A model generated the notes under the pieces. The model saw only the letters and a list, made by a program, of their open reading frames with translations. It was not told the DNA's origin and made no database searches. Positions 1 through 12,300 of a stretch of DNA of 64,000 nucleotides are shown one piece after another (within the stretch, counting starts at the first letter, position 1; every line of letters starts with the position of its first letter). A program made the position numbers and the translations under genes. The DNA comes from Klebsormidium nitens. Lineage: Eukaryota; Plantae; Klebsormidiophyceae. The stretch spans positions 1 through 64,000 of the forward strand of contig DF237229.1 in assembly GCA_000708835.1 (NCBI GenBank), in the 5' to 3' direction.

Positions 1-510
1 CCTCCGCTTTTCTGAATTTCCTTGGTGGGGCTGGTGGCCGGTTCTCGGAGCTCCGTGGCGAAGAGTCGAGGGGGCTGGTGGCCGGTGCCATCACTTTCAC
101 AGCATTTTAAAAGTCACGTATCTCAAAACACTCCGCCTATAAATATATATTGGACTTCGTATACATCTACCTGCCCTCGCCAGCCCCATGCAAGCCTGAA
201 GTCAGGCCACACCAACCGGCCGACGGGTCTCGAAGATGGTCAAACGGGTTTTGTCAAAAATGACAAGGGTCCGCTTATATACATCAGGCTTCTTGCCTTA
301 TACGGCTCCGAATTGGACCCTATTGGGCGTGTTCCCTAGCAAGTGAATTGCTTATGTTTTAAACATATTCTGCAGACCCCATCCTCCTATATATACATCT
401 GATTTTGACTTATTTTCGGTCGAGGCTTGGCCACCCCTGGTGGCCGGTGTTTTCTGGGTCGATTTTTGGCCGTGCCCCCTGGTGGCCGGTTTTTTTTTCG
501 GAGGTCCGGA
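1..510. mobile_element. Possible end of a non-autonomous DNA transposon or repeat, truncated by the window edge
   Basis: CTGGTGGCCGGT recurs near 31, 75, 439 and 479, with TATATAC motifs and T-tracts between. No credible ORF. The other end, TIR and TSD cannot be seen. Confidence 0.3.
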
Positions 511-1362
511 CGCACTTGCACAAGTGTTTTGACACGATGCCCTTTGAAATGTATAATTGTCTAGCTTGTCATCCGATCATCGCGCGATCGAACATGCATG
601 AGCCGCGCCGTGCGAAGGTCACTTCCGCGTACTCTTATAGCACGCATGCCAACGGGACCGGAGTCTTCGGTGTCTTACACAAGCTAGGCTGCCAGATGAT
701 ATATGACTCATGGTGAAAAGCTGAATTCATTGAAGCTAGTCTTACCGTACAGACAACCAACTTACGATCATGGCATGTCATTGCCCTGATATGGTATGAT
801 ATCGAGCTCAATACGGGATACTTCTTCATAAGTATAAGACAAGCAATTTATTAGCAGAATCACATGCACATGTGATTCCAATCATCGTTGCGATCGGACA
901 CGGACGCCATTGCGCACCGATTAGGGCGGTGACGGTGACTCATCATTGGCCTTAGTAAGAACATTCTTTGCCCCCTAAATGCAATTATCCAGTCGTCTGC
1001 ATGCCAAGCCCGGAGGCCATCTCAGTACCACATATGACTGCGAGGGCCAGGGCTCCATCGGAGCCTTCCTAGAAGACTTCGTAAGCGTGAATCTCCAACT
1101 CAAGATCTAAGGTTAGCTTTCAGTTTTGCCGTGCTGAATCTTGTATATCGGAGTCACTAGGCTAGGCTAGTACATATTTACACCACCTATGCCGAAGCTA
1201 CTACACGTTTCACATGCCTAGGCAGTCCGGTCAATTCTACAGGTTGATTTATGCTTCATACAAACAGCGGCTCTGCCTCGCGTGACTCTGATGGACCTCA
1301 AAAATACCTTTCAATGTTCTTTGACTTCTCTATAACAACACTGCTTGCCAGTTGCCAGCGGC

Positions 1363-3828
1363 TCAAAGTTGCGGATGGTGCAGACCCTGCGGCAGGTGCG
1401 GCATGACCCCAAAGTGTGTCCCATGGTGCAGAAGCATCATCTGGTGTTGTTGCTGCGGGTCATAGTGCATCATCATGGGTGGCGGATGATGCTCGACTGC
1501 CTGGTAAACTGTGTGCGATTGGTCTAGCTTCAAGCCCGGATAGCCCTCTTCTATCCCTGCGTCTATCACACCCCGACGACCCCGTTTCCGCTTGGCTTCC
1601 TTGATGAACGGCTCCTCCTCGGTGACCGCGAACTGCGGCTGTCTCCCCTTGAGCTGCGCCAGCCGCAGCTGCAGGAACGCTTCTTGCGCGAGGCTGCCCG
1701 CCAGCTGCAGCCGCACCTGCACCACGGCGCCGCATCAAACACATTAACGCTACCGGCTCATACGCACTGGCCTCACATGCCTTGCTCTCCTATTTGGGGT
1801 TCTGTAGCCGGAGCCCAACTGCGCCCAATCAAGTGCGCTCACCTCCTCTGCTCGGCGCGTGGTGGGGTCGGCGAGGCCCGCCCCCAGCTTCTGCATCTGC
1901 CCCCACAGCTGGTTGCGCCGCTCGCTGCTGCTGTCCAGCAGCGCCTCCAGCGTCGTGGGCACCCCCGCCGGCGCCACCTCGTACAGCGCCTCATGGCTGG
2001 CCACGCCAAACGAGCCCAGCGACGCCTCCAGGGGGGCCTCCAGCGCGCACACCGTCGCGATCTGGGCCTTGCTGCGCCGGGGCCGCCGCTGGCAGACAGC
2101 AGCGCAACCCAGTCAGGCCCGGGGAAGGGGGCGCAGCAGCCCTGGAACAGCACACAGACAAGACCCAAGAGGGGCAGCCAAGGGTCCACGGTCCATCAAG
2201 CAATGGTCCAGTGCCGCAAAAAGTGTGGGCAACATCGGCATCGAACAGCCCGGTACAAACAAGCTTGATGAAGGCTCCCTCTTTCGCCTCCTCACAACCT
2301 TGGTGATTGAACTGAGTGCTGCACGCAGTTGGTGTGCGGTGGCTGACCTTGTCCCGTGGCTCTCGTGGGGCGCTGCGACGGTCCCTGCGGCTGTACTTGG
2401 CGGCGGCCAGCCCCTCCAGCGCCGCCTCTGCGCAGAGCAGCAACAGCAGCCTCAGCAGGCAGCGCAGGAGAGGTCCGACCAGGCTTCTGCGAGGACGCCC
2501 CCTGATTCTGCAAGAGCACAGCGCTTGACACGTGCAACAAGCGGCCGCATGGTTGCTGCGGGCGCTCACCGTCGAGCAGGGCCTGGCCAAAGACCTTGGC
2601 GTTGGTCAGGGAGTCTGGCCCGTCGCGCTCCACCATGGCGCGGTCGTACGCCAGCGCGGCCGCCGCCTCTGTGTGGTACTCCCCCTGCGTCAAACACCGC
2701 AGGCAAGGCGTGAGCTGCCGGGGCAGTCCTGGCATTTGCTGGGCGCCACATGAGGCAGCCTATCAAGAGCAGAAGCTGATACGGCTTTGGCTTTTCATAT
2801 GAGCTAAGCTGAGGTCACCTGTGAAACCTGTTGAGCAAACCCCACTGTTCAAAAGTGTGGGGCAAGAGCGTGCCAGCCCAGGAGGGGGCGCACTGCGACG
2901 CTCGCTGCTGTGTGCACCCCGTGTTGACCCACAGCCAACTGGCCTGCACTCACCAGCTTCAGGACTTTGCCGTCACGATTGATCTGCGCTCGCCACTTCC
3001 GCGTCTCTGGCCTGCAGGGGGCAACTCCGCACTTTGAGAGCAATTCCAGACTGCTCGCTCAATCTCAGGCTGAGGCTGACTGATCCTGTCCACATTTCAA
3101 TCAGGCCCAATGATGGCAAGCAGCGAACATCAAAGCAGATGCGTGGGGCAGCACTTTTTGAAAGCGGTGCAGCTGCCGGCAGGCCTGGCAGGCAGGTCCC
3201 CCCTTGCGGGCTGCTGCTCACCGGTAGGTGACCCCCTTGTAGCGAGAGGACCCCCGGTGGAAGGAGCGCTTGGTAGCCTCCCATTTGACGGCTGCCACAA
3301 ACTCGTCCTCGTCAATGGAGTCCAGCTCGGCGCGCTCGTCCTCCGTCAGCTCAAAGTTGAGGTCCGCCTTGTCGCCACACACCTTGTAGGCCAGCCTGGA
3401 GAGAGGGCACACATGGAATTGCGGGGCGAGAAGGGGGCCAGGCTGCCACTGATAAGGCCGGACTATCAGGGGCCCTCACGAAACTGGTCCTTCGACAACC
3501 TTCGAGAGGGGCACAATGACCACAAAAGTTTTGCACTTGCCGCTAGGCACGCTAGGCGCAAGCTGAGCCACAGCACGTCACACTACAACCACCAACCATG
3601 TCAGCCCGCTGTTAAGAGGCGGCCACATTGGCGGGTGGCCACGTACTTGTCCCGCAGCTTGGCGGCCTCCTCCTCCACCTCAGGCCCCACAATGTCGAGC
3701 TGCTCGTGCGAGCTGCGTTTCATACGAATGCGCCATTTGTTGTGGATGTAAAAGATGCCCTTGAAGCGCGACTTCACGGGCTCTGCTTCCGGCACTACCG
3801 GAATGCTGAACGGCGTTGCATCATTCAT
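1363..3828 (-). CDS. AP2/ERF-family transcription factor with two AP2 domains (AP2 subfamily-like), 7 predicted exons
   Basis: Phase-consistent exons 3828-3647, 3395-3222, 3011-2954, 2684-2570, 2427-2348, 2088-1843, 1716-1363. AP2 repeat 1 is SRFKGI...EEEAAKLRDKLAYKVCGDKADLNF. Repeat 2 is SSRYKGVTYRPETRKWRAQINRDGKVLKLGEYHTEAAAALAYDRA. The C-terminus has an NLS-like KRKRGRR and a His/Gln-rich tail. Confidence 0.88.
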
Positions 3829-4787
3829 TGTTGGCTGCCACCCAACTCAATAGCACTAGTCAGATGCAGGTACTGTCAAGCGGCGTCTCAAGCCATCAAT
3901 GCATGAAGCTCAATAATAATGTACACTTTTTGTGGCACAGCTATCAAGGTCCGCTTCTGGCACAATTGAAGTGAAGCCAATAAGCTACAAAGCAGCCCCT
4001 TCTCATCTCCCCCGCTCTTGTTCTCAGTACCATATCTCAATGTAGGCGCACCTTTCACAAGGACCGTGCGTTCTGCAAGAAAACGGAAGTGGCATCTGAT
4101 TCTCCTGACACCTGAGTCCTGCCACTCTCACTCTTCTTTCACTGAAAGTGTCAGCTCGCTAAGTTTTCACACAAATGCAAATTGAAGTAGCTTGGTTTAA
4201 AACGTATTAAAGATGATGTTTATCAAGGTGACCCAATTTATCTATGAGTATTCGAAACGGGGTGCTATATGCGCCGCGCCGCCGGCCGGTCCTGTCTGCT
4301 ACCGGTAACTTATTATTAGGTAAGGTAGGCCTAGCTAGTGTATAACACTGTCAGTCTGTCAAGAAGCCGGGCGCCTCATGTTCAGCAACATATATAACAG
4401 ATTTTTAACTGGAGAGCACAGAGGATGCCGCTTATATTGTGACCAGCGAGCGAATATACATTTGGTTCCTTAAAGATCTTGATTCTGGCCATGTGCTGGC
4501 TTGTGCTGATCTCGTGCCACAACTCTTCCCTGTGCTTCTGGCAGCCTGATTCCTGCACCTGAGCCTGGAGGCCTGCTGAAGATGTTCAAGCTGCACTTCG
4601 CTGAACATTATCTGCTTTCTGTCGCCTCTCAACAAGGGCGCAATTTGCCAAGGTCCTTAGTTAGGAGCTCGACGCCAGCTTGCTGAGTGCACATTTGCCT
4701 ACACCTCAAAGCTTGCATTGCACATCTGTTTTTCCTGCGATTTGGGTGAATTGCCGGCTGCATTGCATTCCCATAGGACCTTCCATC

Positions 4788-7269
4788 ATGAAGGCCGTCC
4801 AGCAATTGAGTACCCAGGCATTCCAAGCATGCTTCTCCTCGTCAGTTTCTGGCCATGCTGCGCAGTCTCCTGCTAACAGCAGGAACGCGCCTAGAGGCGT
4901 TCCTCGCAGGCAGCCCCGGTGGCAGCGGGCCCCAGTCTGTCGGGCCGCTGGCGAGGGGGTGACCACCCTGCCCAAAGGGCCCAGTGCTGGGGGCAGCCCC
5001 TCCTCGGCGGTGCGGCCGGACCTGACTGCCACGCTGGGGGCGGTGGTGAGCGATGCTGCGGTGCCGGAAGGGCACAAGGGCCTGCACGGTTTCCTATATG
5101 GTGACGCGGGGGCAGACGTGCACGACGACGGTGCGGCGTTCCAGGTGCGTGGGGAGGAGGATGACGGGAGCGCGCTGGTGGGGCTGCAGCAGTGGCTGGC
5201 GGGGCGCGAGGCGGAGCGGCCGCCGGGGGTGTATGCAGTGTACGACCAGGGGGGCGACCTGCAGTACATTGGCTACTCGCGCAACCTGGTCCTTACGCTC
5301 AAGCAGCACCGCGCGCGGGTGGGGCCAGAGCGCAGCGCAGGGGTCCGCGTGAAGGTGTATGCCAATGCAGCGCTGGTGTCTCGCGCGCGCTTGGAGGAGG
5401 AGCGGCAAGCGTGGCTGGCCCAGCAGCCAGTGCCACCTGGCAACGGGCCTGAGAGGGACCTCTGGGAGGGGACAGGGCCCGCCACCGCCGTCATGACAGA
5501 GGCGGAGAGGGGCGCGTATGAGGAGAAGAAGCTTAAGATGAGGAAGGCCATGGGTGAGGCGCACGGCCCCGGCTGCTTTCTCGACCACCGCACTCGTGCT
5601 TTAGGGCTTCTTTGATTCCACAATGCTGCCACCTGGCGGTCAGTATTGGCGAAAGAAAAGGGTTGTTTATTCCTCATATCACTGTGGTGTTGGCTTTGAC
5701 TGTCCGTCCTTGTAATGGTCAATTGAATAGTGACAACGTGTCTTGACACGTACAGTTATTTAGGGTCCAGGGTCAGGATTGTCAGGAGCATCCCCTCCAC
5801 GTTTGCGCTTCAAGTCAATCCCCTACGCTATTTCCGCACGTCTGACCCTTGCCGGTGGTGCAGGCGAGAACTTGTACGACGCTGTGGAGGGAGAGGACGC
5901 GGACGCGCGCACGCGGCGGTTGCGTCTGCTGGCGGCTGTGGAAGGCGATGACTGGAGCGGGGTGATTGATGGGCAGACACAGGAGACACTGGCGCCGCCG
6001 CAGGCACAGCGGGCGGCGGCTGCCGCTGCGGCCATCGAGGCAGCCAAGGTACGGGGGGACACACTACAAGCAGCGCTCTGCAAGAGATTGGGGGAAGCAA
6101 GCCAGGCTTTTTAGCCAGCAAGCGTAGGACCTTGATTGATAAGCCGGTGCTGGACTCACGCCAGTGCTTACAGACAGACGAAGGGGTCTTCTACTCACAT
6201 CCTAGAGTGCGCATTGTTTAGAATGGGGCGATGTCTGATTCAGGCCTTATCTTAGCATTGCCCCCGGATAGGCGTCAGGCCACCAGCCCCTGCCTGCCAA
6301 ACTCTTATGGGTTTTTGAATCAGAGGGGCGTCTGACGGACCCCTGGCTCTTCCTCTCCCTGCTGCAGGCTGCGGTTGCTGCCAAGCCTCAAATTGTGAGC
6401 CCCTTTGCCCGCCCCAATGCCCCAGCCCTGGGCGCCCCTGCGGCGGAGAAGCCTGCCACCGTGATGAGCGTGGAGAGCGTGGACCGCGTGCTGGACGGCG
6501 TGCGGCCGTACCTCATTGCGGACGGGGGCAACGTGGAGGTGGTGGGCGTCGAGGACGGGATCGTCGCGCTGCGCCTGCAAGGTGCGCCTGCTCAGTCCCC
6601 TCGTACCCCTGCGAAGGCGGGCCTTTTCTGCGCCGCTTTGGTGCGAATCTCTGCCCCTCTGTTAAGGTCAATGCTATGAACAGGGCTATGAAGCCGAGTC
6701 AATCCTCTGGCCCTCGCTCCGCACCTTGAGGGCCCCCACTTTATCCCTTGTGCATGGTGCAGGTGCGTGTGGGACATGCCCCAGCAGCACGGCCACGATG
6801 CAGATGGGCATTGAGGCGGCGCTGAAGGCGCACTTTGGGGCGGCGCTGCAGCAGGTGGTGCAGGTGGACAAGCAGGACATAGGCGCCACGCTCGAGGTGA
6901 AGCAATCCCTGGCAGTCCAGTGACCATGAATCCTGCACATTCGGTAGGGAGTTGTGATCTTTGTGTACTGTTGCAGGCGTCCTCTTGCTGCTATCTCACT
7001 GCTCACTCCAGGACGGGACCCTGAGAAGGACTAGAGCGGATTGCTGACGTCCTGAGCGCGTGTGTGCGTGGCAGGCGGTGAACTCGCACCTGGACATTTT
7101 GCGGCCGGCCATCACCAACTACGGCGGCAGCGTGGAGGTGCTGGCGGTGGACACGCTCAAGGGCAGCGCGGATGTGCGCTTCAAGGGGCCCGCCCCGATC
7201 GGCATGGGCATCCAGGCGGCCATTAAGGACAAGTTCCCGGACATCAAGAAGGTGAACCTGGTTGAGTGA
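4788..7269 (+). CDS. NFU1: Plastid NFU-type Fe-S cluster carrier with an N-terminal GIY-YIG-like domain
   Basis: Exons 4788-5553, 5864-6048, 6368-6581, 6763-6896, 7075-7269, all GT-AG and in phase. Ser/Ala-rich transit-like N-terminus. GIY-YIG-like PGVYAVYD...LQYIGYSRN. NifU domain VDRVLDGVRPYLIADGGNVEVV...LQGACGTCPSS (CxxC), then a degenerate second NFU domain lacking CxxC. Confidence 0.9.
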
Positions 7270-7400
7270 CCGCACGCTGCGTTGCTGTCGTGTCACTGTG
7301 TTGTGTACCATAGGGACAGGCTGCGCAAACACGGAGTAGAAGTCCTTACAGGTGAAGAACAGGAACTAATGAGCTGCAGCAATAAGGCCGGAGGACAAGA

Positions 7401-7747
7401 ATAACTTTTCAGCGACATCAACTTTTCTTTCATCAGATGCTTTTGGGTTTTTTTGGGGTATGAATATAATTCCATTAGTCTCTTTGCAAAGTGCATGGTG
7501 CCCAGGCGGCAATCACTAATAAGTTTTCAGCGACAACAACTTTTCTATCATCAGATGCTTTTGCGTTCTTTTGGGGTATGAATATGAATCATTAGTCTGT
7601 TTGCAAAGTGCATGGTGCCCAGGCGGCAATCACTCATAACTTTTCAGCGCATCAACTTTTCTATCATCAGATGCTTTTGGGTTCTTTTGGGGTATGAATA
7701 TAATTCATTAGTCTCTTTGCAAAGTGCATGGTGCCCAGGCGGCAATT
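7401..7747. repeat. Tandem repeat, 3 copies of ~118 bp
   Basis: Units start near 7401, 7519 and 7636 (ATAA(C/G)TTTTCAGCG...CATCAGATGCTTTTG...GGGGTATGAATAT...TTTGCAAAGTGCATGGTGCCCAGGCGGCAAT). They are near-identical with small indels and lie just 3' of the NFU stop. Confidence 0.95.
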
Positions 7748-8038
7748 ACTGGCGGCTAGCCCGTTACTGGGCTGGGGCCTTGAGGCCGCCGAGTGTGGCA
7801 GACCGTCAATGGATGGATACTTATTATGATGCGTGGAAGTTGTTGCTGGCAGTCTTAATTGATTCTTAACGGCGGCGGCACTCTTTCCCGTCGCTTGAAT
7901 GGGCTCACTGAGGCAGTCCGGCCAATTTGAAAAGTATGTGCCAGATCTGGCTTCGCATCCCAACGCCCGGCACGCCGCCCATGGTATACACGTGCATGCA
8001 TACGAGGGCCGGCAGCATGCATATATCATGGCAGCAAT

Positions 8039-8058
8039 NNNNNNNNNNNNNNNNNNNN
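8039..8058. other. Assembly gap (N run)
   Basis: Run of about 20 Ns. Confidence 0.98.
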
Positions 8059-9315
8059 TGCGCATGAATTGTTTGTTATCACTGACTCAACGACGGAATT
8101 GCACTGCGGCATGCTTCAAGCCATGGCCTCGGAGCCATCATTGATTGCATGGCCGTCTATATGAAGCCAACACACGGTCGATGCGAAATCTGGTATAGGC
8201 TATTGCTCAACTCCTTGCAGTGCATGTGTTACATGCTAGCTAGCTCTCCTATACCGGTTCGATCATGCTGCAGCTTATCATAAGCTGGCATGATCGATAT
8301 AGTGTAAAGCTAGGTCTACTAAAACTAGCCTATAAAACTAGCCAGTGCCTCGACAGCATATGCAATAGCTAGCTGACGTACTCCACGGTTCTACGTACAT
8401 GTGAACATCAATTCAGAAGTCTCGATCCGACTCCATACTAATGATGGTCTCTTTTCGTACTCGCTGTAGCGCCAAATAGGCCATAGGCTTCTCCGACACA
8501 TGGCAATGATGCAAGCTCGTTAAGCTCCCGGCTGCTCTCCGTGTACGTCTTTATTATGGGTTTTGCATAACGCTGACGGTTCAATCTAAGATCGTTGTAC
8601 GCGTTAGTATATGCTGGGCAATCGTACACGAAGTGGTTTATAAGTTCGTCTTCATGACGCTGCTAGCTGCCGGAGAATTGAAATATATGCACAATCTTTC
8701 ACCACGTACGCGCTTTCCTCTGCCACTGGCCGCAAGTTTCCATGGCCAGAGTCTGGGCGCCGGGCCCACCCTCATTACATCGTGCAGATGTACACGATGG
8801 CGCCATATCATGCAAGATCAATCTTTTAGTTTGGCCCGACAGTTTTCATTAATTTGATCCTCAATAAGCGGCCGCGCCAGACACTTGAATGCTCTCGTTA
8901 CAACAAACGGCTTGAAAACTCGAGACCTTCTGAATTGACTCAACTCAACGCCTTGAAGGTCTTCCCAAGGGCGGCTTGCCGCAAGCTCACCTAGGTCACC
9001 CCTCTTTTTGAGGAAGCTGAATTGTCGCCCATCTCATGTTTGTGCAAATCCATATAACATGAACGAGCCTTGTTCCTTTTGAATTTCTACTCTATGCACA
9101 GAGCTCTGATTGTGACGGCTTACGATTGTTAAAGGGATCTCTTTCAGTCATTTTCTTCAGCTTGACTTGACTTGCTGGACGCCTAAGCAACATGTCTCTC
9201 TATTTTACAGACAGCCCGCGTAGCACTATGATACAGACGGCCGCATCATTTTGAGCGACGCGTGAGCTCTTGCCCGTATTTGCGCGCTGCTGCCTCCCCC
9301 GGCTGACTTGCGTGC

Positions 9316-12300
9316 TCAGTCCTGCGGCTTGGGCGATATGAACATGGCGGTGTACATGCGCAGCTTGTCCCGCCTGCGCGCCGCGCTCTGGCTCGCATCC
9401 GCTGCTGCCTCCGCTTCTGGGGCCCCGGGCCGCGGCAACGAGAGGCTGGACACGAGGGGCACCAGCTGCTTGCGCGGCCGCGCGGTGGCCGCAACCGTCT
9501 TGTAGCGCCGCCACGCCAGCTGGATGGTCACAGCCGCCCACGTGCGCCAGTGCTGCACAACAACGGGGCAGGGAGGCAGGGTAAGGGAACTGACAGCCGA
9601 TTAACGCCGGAGACAGGCGGCTAAGCACGTGATATGGGATGTCCTAAATCATCGAGACACTCCTAGGTTGCAAACCTCAGGGTTCCAAGATCCAGCTTGA
9701 CAAGGGACGCAGTTTCAACTGATCGTGTCCACAATTTTCAAGAAAAGCGGCACACGTCGTGCTAAGAAGACGCAGAATCCAAGCCAGCTCGGTCACGTCT
9801 GCATGTGACAGTGACTCGTGGCGGGCGCTGACCGGGGAGTAGTGTCGGATGGTGCGGCGCAGCTTGGCGGACTGGAGGCGGTGCGGGAAGTGCGCGGTGA
9901 CGTACTGCAGGTCCTCCGCCTCCAGCACGAACGCGTCCACTGTGTCCACGCACTCCAGGCACGCCGCCGACAGCGGCAGCCGGTGCTGGTCCGCCGTGCG
10001 GCCCAGCCCCCAAGTCAGCAGCTCCTCGCCGGTGAAGCTGCCGGGCCACAGGATGGCGGTCGAGGGCCGCCCGCCCACGATGTGCACGTTGCGCAAGTGG
10101 CCGCGCACAAGGAACAGCATGCTGCGCACTGGCTCGCCAGCACGCGCCACGACGAGGCCGGGCGTGAAGAGCGCGGGGCGCAGCCGCTCGCAGATAATGT
10201 CGAGCAGCGCCGGGTCCATGTAGGCGAACAGCGGGACGCGCTTGACCAGGTCCAGGCAGAGGTGGCGCTTGATGTCGCGGCGCAGGCCCTCGGGCAGGTC
10301 GGCGATGAGCGCCTCCTCGTCGATGCCGCGCGTGGCGGCCCACCGCTGCCGCTCGTACGCGCCCACGCTCGTGCGCAGGGGCGAAGGCAGCTGGCGGCGC
10401 GACATCCACCAGCCGAGGTCCTGGCGGCGCGCACGCATCTCCTCCACGCGGTGCCGCAGCGACTGCAGAAACACCTGCAGCACAACCGCAGCGCGAGGGA
10501 AGGCGTGTGAGCAGGCCGGAGATAGCCGGGCAGAGAAGGTCAGCCCGAGGCAGAGGGTTGTGGTCGCAGGCTGCTGCGTACGACAAACATGAGTCCGACA
10601 CTATCGTGAGGGCACGTTCAAGAACCGTCGAGGAAGCGTGTGTTGATGCAGGACCACGGAGCACTGAGAGCGGAACCTGATGTTGGTCGCACGTTCGTCT
10701 TGACGCATCCATACTGGCTCGCACCAACAGAGGAACGTGACAGCAGCGAGGCTCGTGGCACGCGGGGACGAACCTGGACGTTCCCAATGAGGCCGACGAA
10801 GAGGAGCACGCCGGACACAACGAGGACGATGCAGAAGATGGTCTCGGGCAGGTATGTGCTGGGGGTGAGCGCGTTGCAGAACGAACTGCATGAGATCAGC
10901 CAAGGTCAACACAACACCGGGGAGGCGCTGAATGCTTGTCCAAAGCAACCTTTGGTAATGATCGAAGCGCTTGAGCCAGCACGAAAAGTGCATAAACGTA
11001 CAACGTCGCAGCAGGGGCGGCGAGCCGGTTGCACGATAAGATGTACCGTCTTTCCATCATCATGAGCGCCGCGGGCTGACCTGAGCGTCATGAGCCCCCA
11101 GAAGAATGGGAACAGGATCTTCTCGGCCACGCTGGGGCGCGTCACAAGCGGCAGCGCGTTCCAGTAGATGCCGTACGGGAAGCCGCCCGTCCCCGCCAGG
11201 CAGAAGGTGCTCGCGGTGCTGTTCTGGGCCCACGCCAGGCGGGGGGCGCTCAAGAGTGTCTCCTCGTGGAAGGCGATGGGCGGAGCGCAGCCCAGGAACT
11301 GTTGCTGGCACCCAGAGGCTGCCCGGCACTGCCCACTGAGGCAGCTTTGAACGCGGGCTGCGGCAAACAGATACCACAAAGCGCCGAAGACCTGAAATGA
11401 GGGGAGACGACGTAAAGAGGTGACGATTTTGACGGGTAAATGAACAAGGGCAGAATACATACACAAGCTGGCATTAAAAAGCAGGCAAGGATTCGTTCAG
11501 AGAAACTTGTCTAACATGATGACAACCCATACCCATACCAGAGGTCCGTGCAGGATCGCAACTGGAGCAACTTCGACGTTAAGTCCTTCATAGGTGTGCC
11601 TAGGAAGATGCTCTTGCTGGCTGGAGAAGCGTCACCCTCACGATCTGTTGTCATGCTTTCTTCCCCCAAATCATCAAAACTGTCTGGCCAGGTCTGGCTA
11701 TGACTGACCAGGTCTGGCCACAGCTGCCATGAAAGAGGCCTTGATCGTTTTTCGAAAAATCGGAACAAGAGATGAAGAGAGAAGTGGGCTCCTTGCAATG
11801 ACACTGACTAGGAAGAGAAAGGCGTTCTTACATGTGCGGCCACGCAGTAGGCTGCGAAGTTGAGGAGAAAGCCCCACCAGGCGCCCCCAAAGATGTACCC
11901 CACCACGCGCTGCATGCTGCGCACCAAGGCCAGCGTACGCAGCAGCCGCAGCAGGTACTGCAGCAGCAGCGCAAACAGCAGCACGGTCGGGGCGCGCAAC
12001 GGGGTGCCGCTACTCAGCAGGTGCGGGACAATCACCCACACCGTCACCTGCGACAGATATGCAGGAAGGGCCGTGAGCACGGTGTAACAGCCATGATGCA
12101 CAATACCTTGTCAACACGGAGCGCTTGTCGTCAACCCAAAGCGCATCTGTGACTCCTGTAAATTCACTCTTTGTCAAACTCTGGCCATTGTACGAGCGCA
12201 GCCAACCTCAGCAGAGACCCTCGTAAAAATTTTACAGGCCCCCTGGACCCCCCCGGCATGGCGGGCCTGGCCCGCTGTGTGCGCTGCTGACCTGGGGGAT

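Noticed and set aside
1684-2713. Long + strand ORFs (194-284 aa) over the AP2 gene
   Set aside because: Antisense shadows of GC-rich exons with Arg/Ala/Pro-rich nonsense composition.
7401-7747. CRISPR-like interpretation of the tandem repeat
   Set aside because: The units are contiguous ~118-bp repeats without unique spacers, in a eukaryotic context with no cas genes.
9762-10820. 352-aa and 230-aa ORFs overlapping CNGC
   Set aside because: Alternative-frame or antisense shadows. The real frame carries the CNBD motifs.
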